This document shows, piece after piece, positions 41,749 to 50,055 of a stretch of DNA of 64,000 nucleotides. Both the position numbers and the translations under genes were made by a program. This stretch comes from Promethearchaeota archaeon (lineage in GTDB: Archaea; Asgardarchaeota; Lokiarchaeia; Sigyniarchaeales; SOKP01), in assembly GCA_048939995.1 (NCBI GenBank), contig JBHLOY010000001.1:430449-494448 (forward strand). Reading direction: 5' to 3'. The notes under the pieces are model-generated. The model made no database searches. It had not been told where the DNA came from and was given only the letters and a program-made list of their open reading frames with translations. Position 1 is the stretch's first letter. Every line of letters begins with the position of its first letter.

Positions 41749-41967
41749 TTATTTATTCCATTTTCTTAATTTATATCGTTGATACCCTCTGTTGATTTTA
41801 AAAGGTTTCTCTGAGTGATTAAAGAAACAATTTGGACAATGTATTGAAAATAGATGATTATTCCAAAAATTAAGTGCCCGTTTCTGAGACAAAGAAGGAT
41901 TATCTCGACAGAATTCTTTAAAACTCATTGTTTTATTACAATCAATACATTTTCTTACTTTTTTCAT
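41749..41967 (-). CDS. Small zinc-finger protein
   Basis: CIDC...CPNC pair, 72 aa. Confidence 0.7.
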   Translation of the reverse strand: MKKVRKCIDCNKTMSFKEFCRDNPSLSQKRALNFWNNHLFSIHCPNCFFNHSEKPFKINRGYQRYKLRKWNK

Positions 41968-42108
41968 GATAAATAAGAAATCTATTTTAAATAGATTATA
42001 TTCCCTAGATTTTTATATGAAAGGGAGGTAGATTTTTTTAATTTTTTGAGTATAATATTAGTAGTATACTACTCCACGGTCGAGAATGAGTAGATTTCAG
42101 TCTATAAA

Positions 42109-42246
42109 TGCCAAGGGAGGGAGTCCCAAAAAAGCACGAAAAGGGCTTATTTTTTGAACCCTCGATACCCAGATCTTCAGTCTGGTGCGTTCATACCCAA
42201 AATAGGAGGTTAAAGCTCCTACAATTCCGGGCTACGCCACCTTGGC
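42109..42246 (-). tRNA. tRNA-Phe(GAA) with two introns (D-loop 42193-42226; T-loop 42123-42152)
   Basis: Mature: GCCAAGGTGGCGTAGCCCGG|GAACGCACCAGACT-GAA-GATCTGGGTATCGAGGGTTCAAA|TCCCTCCCTTGGCA (74 nt). Central helices GCCC/GGGT and TTCA/TGGG. Confidence 0.9.
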
Positions 42247-42372
42247 GAATCTAATATTTTTTCGAATTTCAGTATTTCAAAATTCGTAATTTAAAAAGTA
42301 TAAAATCTCATATAAAGTTTTTTAGAACGAATCTTGTGGATATATCCATTTTTAACTGAATTAATAGTGCAT

Positions 42373-43116
42373 CTATTTTCTTAAAATGATTGATCTTCTT
42401 TCCTTCGAGAGCTTTTCACTTCCATATCTAAGAATTAATCGAGTGAATTTATCTTTATTTTTTATTAGATAAGCAAAAATTTGATCAGGATCAATATTTG
42501 AACATGTCTTAATAAGCCAGCCTATACCTTTCTCAATATAATTTTCATTTGAATAAGGGAGCATTTTTTGTACAAGATTATTTAAACATGCCATTTCAAT
42601 TTGTTTTTTTACCATGTAGATTTTAAGTAATGTAACCATTGAGCCCCTTTTTATCCAAAGATTTTTCGAATCAGACCAATCCTTAATCATTTGTTTAGCT
42701 AATTCTTCATTCCCTTTCTTAGCTAGAAATGGACCTAAAACTCTAATACAAGTGCTATCTAACACACTCCAAGTGTGACAATGTTTAGTTAATTCATCAT
42801 AAAACAGTGTTATTATTTTTTCATTGAAGAATTTTTTGAATCGATTTAAGAAAAGAAAACCAGCAAATTTTTCTTCTTCAATATTAGTGCTTATTAGTTC
42901 CTTAAATATTTCAATCGCTTCTGTGAAGGTGATATTAAAATTAGTTGAGACATTTCTTACTATTTTATCGATTATTGCAACCCTAATACCATAAATCTTA
43001 TAGGGTTCAATATCTGGATTTATTACTTTATATAATCTTGATTTTTGTTGATCAGTTAAATCGGGTTTATTATTTTGTATTAGTCTTCTAATCTCTTCAA
43101 TAATTATTTTAGTCAT
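42373..43116 (-). CDS. DNA alkylation repair protein (AlkD-like HEAT repeat)
   Basis: YGIRV, TWSVLD, WSDSKNLWIKR, YIEKGIGWLIK, LRYGSEK. Confidence 0.82.
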   Translation of the reverse strand: MTKIIIEEIRRLIQNNKPDLTDQQKSRLYKVINPDIEPYKIYGIRVAIIDKIVRNVSTNFNITFTEAIEIFKELISTNIEEEKFAGFLFLNRFKKFFNEKIITLFYDELTKHCHTWSVLDSTCIRVLGPFLAKKGNEELAKQMIKDWSDSKNLWIKRGSMVTLLKIYMVKKQIEMACLNNLVQKMLPYSNENYIEKGIGWLIKTCSNIDPDQIFAYLIKNKDKFTRLILRYGSEKLSKERRSIILRK

Positions 43117-43165
43117 ATATAAATCATTAATCTCTTTTTTAATATGGGGCTTAAATGATGTTAGA

Positions 43166-43855
43166 TTAAGTAAAAAAATTAAAAATCATTGGAATGCCAT
43201 AAAATATAAACCAGATTAAAATTCCGATAATTAATAGCCACTTTATTAAAATATCGATATCTTTTCCTTTTTTAAATAGATTTTTCACTACTTGTTTGCC
43301 ATAAAGTTTAATAGTTTTTAATACCGTTATATGATCAAGAGCACTAATGATTGAATCGGCAAAACCAAATGGAAGCATAGAGATAATATTACCTCGTGCA
43401 TATTCGAGCATCCATGCCTCTTCTTTGATGCAATAATGTTTTACAATGCTAGGAGGAAGATATGCCACAGATCCAGGCTTATGGACCTCTTTCTTAAAAT
43501 GCCCAGTATACTCACATAACATTTCTCCTGTAAATATAAAATCGAAAACTTCTGCTTTATATCGACCTGAATGTCCATTAGAACCTATATTTGTCCCAAA
43601 AATTATTAAATATTCTCGAAACGATCCGTGGAGTACAGTCATTTGACCCATTGCCCCTCCAGCAAAATTGAAAACCCAGTTTTGCTTTGTTTCAATGTAC
43701 CCAGGATATTCTTCAGCTAAAGCTTTAATAATAATATCAAATGCCTCTTTTTTAGGATGACCTATCCCCCTCTTTGCAATATCCCACAATTTTCTTGGAT
43801 CAAAAATACAATGCTTCTTTTTATCCAAAAATCGTGTTCTTTTCTTCTTTCTCAT
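43166..43855 (-). CDS. ERG2 (C-8 sterol isomerase)/sigma-1 receptor family protein
   Basis: WVFNFAGGAMGQMTVLHGSFREYLIIFGT, GHSGRY, WMLEYARG...FGFAD; C-terminal TM helix. Confidence 0.88.
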   Translation of the reverse strand: MRKKKRTRFLDKKKHCIFDPRKLWDIAKRGIGHPKKEAFDIIIKALAEEYPGYIETKQNWVFNFAGGAMGQMTVLHGSFREYLIIFGTNIGSNGHSGRYKAEVFDFIFTGEMLCEYTGHFKKEVHKPGSVAYLPPSIVKHYCIKEEAWMLEYARGNIISMLPFGFADSIISALDHITVLKTIKLYGKQVVKNLFKKGKDIDILIKWLLIIGILIWFIFYGIPMIFNFFT

Positions 43856-43903
43856 GCTAATCGATTAAATTGAATTAAATTAGAATAATCTATAATCTTT
43901 CAA

Positions 43904-45046
43904 TTAACTAAAAAATCTTTCTAAACCATGATTCTCCTTGATCTTGTCTAAATATGGTTTAACAAATGCAACTACATCTTTTGAGAAATTCTTCAATTCT
44001 GATAATTTTTCTCGCTTATATATGTTAACAATTGATTCCTTTAGATTGTTTAGATTTAAACCCGCCCATTTCATGTTATTATTTTGTTTTCCAGTTTTTA
44101 CACTATCGATATATTCCCTATTTAGCAGAATCTCAGAGAGTCTATAATTCCATTTCCTATAATCACTTGGAATCCAACGTTTAATTCGAACGTCTAAGTC
44201 ATAATCTTGGCATAATTTATATAACTTTAGATGACATTCTCGAGTATAATTAGCAGGCGGGTGCATTCTCCCCTTATATAATTCTAAAATTGGTCTAACA
44301 ACACTACTATACTTGCTTTGTTTTAACTTATCGATGAAGAATTGTGCTTGAGCATCTCTTAAGGTTAATCCTGGAGAAAATAAAATAAATTTAGCACCAG
44401 CTTTTTTAGATTGTTTAATTACATCCTCTAAGTTATCATCATCATCTTCTAAGTATGGGATAATGGGGATAAAGTAAGTGCCAACTTGTATTTCAGGAAC
44501 TTGTTGTTTAATAATGTGGATTGCTTTCAAACGTTCATATGGACTAGAGGAATAAGGTTCTAAAAATTTAGCCAACTCTTCATTTGTTGTAGTGATAGAG
44601 AATCCAATTGTACACCATGTGTCTTTAGCAATTTGCTTTAAGATATCAATGTCTCTTATTATTAGATTTGATTTGGTGGCTATGTTTACAGGAAATTTAT
44701 ATTTTGTCAATATTTCTAGAATTCTTCTGGTGTTTAGAACTTCTTTTTCAGCTGGTTGATATGCATCACATACACCTCCAGGTCCAACAACATCGGGTAG
44801 TAAAGTACGAGCTCTCGTTATCCTATTTTCTAGTTTTTTATCTAGCCCTATTTTTACAATTATTTCACTTTCAAAATCTTGCTCTAAATAATATCTCTGA
44901 CTTCTTGCATCACAATATATACAAGTATGAGCACATCCAGAATAAGGATTGATTGTATATCTTGCCCAAAACCATGAGTCAGGATATTTTAACTTGTTTA
45001 AAGTGGATTTAAACTCTTTATAAGTTATTTTGAATTTATTCGTCAT
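43904..45046 (-). CDS. Radical SAM protein (SplB/Rv2578c-like)
   Basis: INPYSGCAHTCIYC, DAYQPAE, TKSNLIIRDID, LEPYSSSP. Confidence 0.88.
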   Translation of the reverse strand: MTNKFKITYKEFKSTLNKLKYPDSWFWARYTINPYSGCAHTCIYCDARSQRYYLEQDFESEIIVKIGLDKKLENRITRARTLLPDVVGPGGVCDAYQPAEKEVLNTRRILEILTKYKFPVNIATKSNLIIRDIDILKQIAKDTWCTIGFSITTTNEELAKFLEPYSSSPYERLKAIHIIKQQVPEIQVGTYFIPIIPYLEDDDDNLEDVIKQSKKAGAKFILFSPGLTLRDAQAQFFIDKLKQSKYSSVVRPILELYKGRMHPPANYTRECHLKLYKLCQDYDLDVRIKRWIPSDYRKWNYRLSEILLNREYIDSVKTGKQNNNMKWAGLNLNNLKESIVNIYKREKLSELKNFSKDVVAFVKPYLDKIKENHGLERFFS

Positions 45047-45479
45047 TTCATTGTATAAAATTTGATATTGCTGAATAATAAACAAAAAAATTTAAGATTG
45101 TTGCCCAGAAGAAAAAGATTGAATATTAGGAAAAAACGCCCTTTTAATATTAATGAAGAAGTGATTAAAATATGGAAATGGAAAAAAATATTCTGGGGGC
45201 GCTTTTTCGATCTCTACATACAATTATGTAAATTTAACTTTTTGCATTAATTTTTAAAAATATAATTTAATTTTTTAATATTTTAATAATTTTAGGTCTT
45301 TATTTTGCAAGAATTTTTTAAAAAATATTTCGCGATATATTCTTTAAATATCCATATCAATTATATGATTCGGAATTTCGTTAAAGGTCAATTCAGAGTC
45401 TGATTTCAATGTAAATTCATTTGAAATTTACTCATCTTTTCTCCTCTTCTAAATATATAAATACAATATTGTAAGGATA

Positions 45480-45656
45480 TTATGTGTCATAATCTGATTC
45501 GTGGAATTCGTCTCCAATTTCTCCCATTTCCTCATCCTCATCATTTTTCTCATTCCAGTCCCTGTCTTCTTCTTTTGTTTTGGCTTCCTCGCGATTCTTA
45601 CTTATCTCATTCCATTTATCAACTTTAAATTGCTTTTTACCTTTATTTTTTTTCAT
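45480..45656 (-). CDS. Small charged protein (58 aa)
   Basis: MKKNKGKKQFKVDKWNEISKNREEAKTKEEDRDWNEKNDEDEEMGEIGDEFHESDYDT; preceded by purine-rich AGAGAGA. Confidence 0.55.
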   Translation of the reverse strand: MKKNKGKKQFKVDKWNEISKNREEAKTKEEDRDWNEKNDEDEEMGEIGDEFHESDYDT

Positions 45657-46127
45657 AATTGTCTCTCTTAAGTATTTATTCTACTATGCATTTCAAATTT
45701 TAATTTACAATTTTAAGTATGAGTGGTTTAAATTATAAGATTTCTAAAAATTTTAATTACTCTGATCCAAAAATAATTTTAATAGAATACACTTTATAAT
45801 TATCTTAACACATTATAAATGTAATATATCTTTTTCCACTTTCTTTCCTATATTTAGTATCTCCCTCCTCCGTGGTGCCCCCTCCTAATAATAGGAATTA
45901 ATAGAATTTATTAATAACAATTTATCCTTAAAACTGTCTTTATGGTTTAATTTCTATTTTTAAAAATAAATATCATACTTATATATAAGGTTTAACGTGA
46001 AATTAAGGTTTCACGAAATTGTAGAATAAATATGAGCTGTATCGATGATTTCACGATGCATTAATATAAATGCTAATTAAAAAATCGTCTGATTAAATGA
46101 ATCTTAATAAATTTAAAAAAAGTAGAA

Positions 46128-46227
46128 TGCGTCGTCCGGGGATTGAACCCGGGTCACCGGCTTGGAAGGCCGAGATCCTACCATTTTCCTCCATTATATA
46201 CTCTAATCGGATCTAGACCAACGACGC
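46128..46227 (-). tRNA. tRNA-Gly(TCC) with D-loop intron (46184-46212)
   Basis: Mature: GCGTCGTTGGTCTAG|TGGTAGGATCTCGGCCT-TCC-AAGCCGGTGACCCGGGTTCAATCCCCGGACGACGCA (71 nt). Confidence 0.92.
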
Positions 46228-46293
46228 ATAGTTAGGATAAATAGTATGATAAAAAAGAAAACATTTCTTATAACTTTACTGCTTTCTTGAACT

Positions 46294-46968
46294 TCATTTA
46301 ATATCATTTACAATTTCATAAAAGCTAATAACTTTACTTACAACGATCCAAGCATCTAAAGAGTATTTGGAAATTGAAATGATTTTTTTGCTTAATTCCA
46401 AGATATTTTCTGAAAACCCTCCTTTTTGGAAACCCCCTATTATTGTTATATAATTTTTAGAGAGATCATCTCGGAATAAATCTAGATGATGTTCTATTAG
46501 ATTGCCTTTACTTGAGAAAATTAAGACTTCTTTCTTTTTAATTGAATCTACCAAATGTGAGATATCTTGTTTAAGTTCTTTTATCAGAAATGTATGATTA
46601 AATTTGATATTCCCATCTATTAATAACTTTGCTATTAAACCTTTAAATCTATTGTAATTGCGAGTAATTCTTATCTCAGGATTGATTTCAAAAATACGAT
46701 TATTTATTGTGTGAAAATAAATTTTTAGTAGTTTGTTTTTGCTTAGTGGAGAACCTAAAGCATTAAGAAGACAATTATGAAGAATATCCGGGCGTCCTCT
46801 CTTCTCAAAATTTCTTAATCTTACCATAGCAGAGTGATGTAAAGAGTTATCTAAAACTTGGGAAGCGTAATTCTTACTTTTGATATTTTTTTTTACAGAA
46901 GGGTGATCTCTTATTTCTTTGGGGATTAATTCCAATCCACAATCCACTAGAATTAAGTTTAGGACCAT
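46294..46968 (-). CDS. nep1: 16S rRNA pseudouridine methyltransferase Nep1/EMG1
   Basis: LELIP, RGRPDILHNCLL, RNYNRFKGL, IIGGFQKG. Confidence 0.92.
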   Translation of the reverse strand: MVLNLILVDCGLELIPKEIRDHPSVKKNIKSKNYASQVLDNSLHHSAMVRLRNFEKRGRPDILHNCLLNALGSPLSKNKLLKIYFHTINNRIFEINPEIRITRNYNRFKGLIAKLLIDGNIKFNHTFLIKELKQDISHLVDSIKKKEVLIFSSKGNLIEHHLDLFRDDLSKNYITIIGGFQKGGFSENILELSKKIISISKYSLDAWIVVSKVISFYEIVNDIK

Positions 46969-47009
46969 GATATAATTTTAATATGATTTTATTTTAATAT
47001 TAAAGGAAA

Positions 47010-47357
47010 TTAAACAATTTTAGTTAAATTTTTTTTTGTTTTAATATAATAACGCGTTGTTTTATTACACTCTAAACATGTCATGGAGATGTGGGTTGCT
47101 TTCTTAAGAGAGTGTAATCTTATTCGGCAATTTAATCCGGGATAGAGAAAAGTCTTACATTTATGACATATTCTTCTTTTCCAATCTTTTGAGATTTCAA
47201 TTTTTGCTCTTTGAGAATAGCGTCTTGCTAAATATACATATCTATTTGCTAAATCTTTTTGATCTGGAAAAATCTCATGAGCTTTTTTAAGTAAGAAATT
47301 TATTCTTACTTCTGCCAGTTGTTTTACGATTCCTCTATCTTTTCTTTTTTTAACCAT
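47010..47357 (-). CDS. rnp4: RNase P protein Rpp21
   Basis: LANRYVYLA, KRRICHKC...YPG...RIR...TCLEC. Confidence 0.92.
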   Translation of the reverse strand: MVKKRKDRGIVKQLAEVRINFLLKKAHEIFPDQKDLANRYVYLARRYSQRAKIEISKDWKRRICHKCKTFLYPGLNCRIRLHSLKKATHISMTCLECNKTTRYYIKTKKNLTKIV

Positions 47358-47653
47358 TAAATCCCTTTATGAGAACGCTTCAATTCCTTTTTATTAATTG
47401 CCATTTTTGATAGTATAAATTGTTTACCTCGGATATCCAAAACATATGAGTTTGTTAACCTAGAGATTTCATTTGCTAAATTATTAATATCAGAAGTTCT
47501 TGCAATCGATTTTAAGACTTTAATTTTTATGATTTTATTCTGTTTTATTAATTTAACTACATTTGCTATGAAATCATCTGTAATACCACTTTTTCCCAAA
47601 TTACAATGAGCTCTTGATAATAATACCTTCTTAAATTCTTCTCGGTAATCCAT
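47357..47653 (-). CDS. yhbY: YhbY/CRM-domain RNA-binding protein
   Basis: LGKSGIT...IIKIKVL...DIRGK; adjacent to rpp21. Confidence 0.85.
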   Translation of the reverse strand: MDYREEFKKVLLSRAHCNLGKSGITDDFIANVVKLIKQNKIIKIKVLKSIARTSDINNLANEISRLTNSYVLDIRGKQFILSKMAINKKELKRSHKGI

Positions 47654-47750
47654 TATCCCAAAATCCTTAAAATACCAAAAAATTTTTAATTTATTTAATC
47701 TTTTTACATCTAATAAATAATATTAAAGAAAGATTTAATTAAAGATTAGC

Positions 47751-48170
47751 ATGTCTATATATATCATTGAACCAGCAAAACTCATTAAATCAATCGCCGA
47801 AAAATTAAAGGAATACCCTGAAATTAAACCTCCAGAAGGAAGTCAATTTTGGAAAACAGCATATTTTAAGGAATTAGCTCCAACAGATTCAGAAAATTTC
47901 TGGTATGTTCGATGTGCTTCAATTTTGCGAAAAGTAAGAAAATATGGCCCTATTGGAGTCAATAAACTTAGAAAGTATTATGGCGGGAGAAGTCGGAAAG
48001 GCAGAGGATTGCATCATAGTAAAAGAGGGAGTGGCAAAATTATTAGGGTTGCACTTCAACAATTAGAAAACGCTAATTTAATATTAAGAGAAGAAAAGAC
48101 GGGAAGGATAGTTTCACCAGATGGAATTAGTCTTTTAGAAAGAACTGCCCATAATTTGTTGAGAAAATAA
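47751..48170 (+). CDS. rps19e: 30S ribosomal protein S19e
   Basis: WYVRCASILRK...GPIGV...YGG...GSGKIIRVALQQLE. Confidence 0.95.
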   Translation: MSIYIIEPAKLIKSIAEKLKEYPEIKPPEGSQFWKTAYFKELAPTDSENFWYVRCASILRKVRKYGPIGVNKLRKYYGGRSRKGRGLHHSKRGSGKIIRVALQQLENANLILREEKTGRIVSPDGISLLERTAHNLLRK

Positions 48171-48198
48171 TTTTTAAAAAATTCTCTAGGGATTATAA

Positions 48199-48540
48199 TT
48201 GAGTGATGAGGAACAATTAAAAAATATTAGAAAAAAAAAATTGGCAGAGTTACAACAACAAGCAATCCAAAATCAGATAGCAGAACAGCAACAAAGAGAA
48301 TATGAAACCAAGAAATATCAACTTATGAGATTAATTTTAAGCCCAGAAGGAAGACAAAGATTAGAAAATATTAGAATGATAAAACCTCAATATGCAGAAC
48401 AAATAGAATTACAATTAATTCAATTGTACCAAGCAGGAAGATTAAAAGGAGCTACACCATTACCAGACAAAGCATTTAAGAAATTATTAGAACAATTATC
48501 CTCCATGGAAAATAAAAAAGAATTTAAAATTAAGAAATAA
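48199..48540 (+). CDS. PDCD5-like DNA-binding protein
   Basis: ILSPEGRQRLENIRMIKP...IELQLIQLYQAGR. Confidence 0.92.
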   Translation: MSDEEQLKNIRKKKLAELQQQAIQNQIAEQQQREYETKKYQLMRLILSPEGRQRLENIRMIKPQYAEQIELQLIQLYQAGRLKGATPLPDKAFKKLLEQLSSMENKKEFKIKK

Positions 48541-48557
48541 ATATTTGGTTAAACAAC

Positions 48558-48719
48558 ATGGCAAGAAATAAAGATTTACCTTCAAAATTAAGAAGAGCTA
48601 AAAATTCTAAACAATCGAAATCTGTCCCTAATTGGGTAATAAGGCGTACTAAGGGACGAGTAAGATCTAGTCCATACTCTAGGCGAGAGTGGAGAAACAC
48701 TCGCTTAAAGAGGGATTAA
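48558..48719 (+). CDS. rpl39e: 50S ribosomal protein L39e
   Basis: Hand translation MARNKDLPSKLRRAKNSKQSKSVPNWVIRRTKGRVRSSPYSRREWRNTRLKRD; conserved position. Missed by the ORF track. Confidence 0.93.
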   Translation: MARNKDLPSKLRRAKNSKQSKSVPNWVIRRTKGRVRSSPYSRREWRNTRLKRD

Positions 48720-48746
48720 ACCCAAACTTAAAAAAGAGGATTTTAT

Positions 48747-49202
48747 ATGGCTAAAAAGAAGAGTAAGGAAGTAAGTTTAGATGATTTAGAAGAAGAACTT
48801 ACAGAAGAAACATCTGAAGAACTAGAAGAGATTGAAGAAATAGAAGAGTTCAGTTTAGAAGAAACAGTTGAGGGAGAAGAAATTAGTGAAGTATTTGAAG
48901 AAGCGATAGAAGAAATTGAAGAAGTTGAAGAGGAAGCCCCAAAAGAAGAAATCATCGATGAAAGGATTTATATTATTCCCTTAACAAAAGCAAGAAGAGG
49001 TCCGCGTACAAAATGGGCTAAAAAAAGTGTTAGATTTCTGAGAGAATTTATGGAACGTCATTTCAAACCTGAAGCTTTGATCATTTCACAAGAAGTTAAC
49101 GAAGCTATTTGGAAAAGAGGTATTATGCATCCACCACGAAAACTTAAAGTTCGTGCAACAAAAAATATAGATGGGTTAGTTGTAGTTTACTTAAGCAAGT
49201 AA
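48747..49202 (+). CDS. rpl31e: 50S ribosomal protein L31e with acidic N-terminal extension
   Basis: ERIYIIPL...AKKSVRFLREF...VNEAIWKRG...PPRKLKV. Confidence 0.93.
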   Translation: MAKKKSKEVSLDDLEEELTEETSEELEEIEEIEEFSLEETVEGEEISEVFEEAIEEIEEVEEEAPKEEIIDERIYIIPLTKARRGPRTKWAKKSVRFLREFMERHFKPEALIISQEVNEAIWKRGIMHPPRKLKVRATKNIDGLVVVYLSK

Positions 49203-49262
49203 AAGTTACTTAGTTTTAAATACCTGTTTTTCTGATTTTTAACTAAAGATTGGATTAATAAA

Positions 49263-50042
49263 ATGTCTAGACCTGAACAACATGGCGCCTATTCACTTAT
49301 AATCTACTACATAATTTTTGTGATATGGAAAGACACTTTTATTTTACCTCCACTTCTCACGTTTTTAATAATTTTTTTTGGAATATTTCCTGATTTTGAT
49401 ACATTATATTGGATTATTAAAAGCCAAAAAGCAAAAAATTCTGGTACAGAATATCAACATCATTTTCATTATTGGACTCACTGGCCCTTAAGTTACGCTC
49501 CTTTAGTTATCGCTTTAGTATTTAGTATTATATTCAATTTTTATATTGAATATTTCCTAGTCCCTATTATAGGTGTTTATATTGGGCACTTTATTTTTGA
49601 TTCAATTTCATCTGGAGATGGAATAATGTGGGGAAAAATTCCTTGGAAAAAAGCAAGATTTGCCCGTTACATTAATTTATTTCGAAGTGTTTCAGATGGT
49701 TATCATGGTCGATACTGGGATGTAAGATATCGAAAAACATTAGTGTGTAAAATAGGTTATGTTGCTGTTATTATTGCAATAATATTAATCTGCTTTTTTC
49801 AAATCTACACCATTTTGGATGGTTGGTATCTTTTTTCAATAATTTTTTTATTTGTTATGTTAATAGTTGGATTAAAAAAGAGTCCTAAGCTTTATTTAGA
49901 AGAACCTCCCGAAGGTCGATATGCCGATTATAGGATTAGTATTGGGTATATAAATGGTTTAAGCGAAAAGAATCGAAATAAACATGTAAAAAAGTATTTT
50001 GATTTGTTAAAATCAAAGGGAATTCTAGCTAAAATTAAATAA
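49263..50042 (+). CDS. Membrane-bound metal-dependent hydrolase (YdjM-like)
   Basis: GIFPDFD, HH...WTHWP, GHFIFD, GIMW. Confidence 0.8.
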   Translation: MSRPEQHGAYSLIIYYIIFVIWKDTFILPPLLTFLIIFFGIFPDFDTLYWIIKSQKAKNSGTEYQHHFHYWTHWPLSYAPLVIALVFSIIFNFYIEYFLVPIIGVYIGHFIFDSISSGDGIMWGKIPWKKARFARYINLFRSVSDGYHGRYWDVRYRKTLVCKIGYVAVIIAIILICFFQIYTILDGWYLFSIIFLFVMLIVGLKKSPKLYLEEPPEGRYADYRISIGYINGLSEKNRNKHVKKYFDLLKSKGILAKIK

Positions 50043-50055
50043 AAATTAAAAAAAA

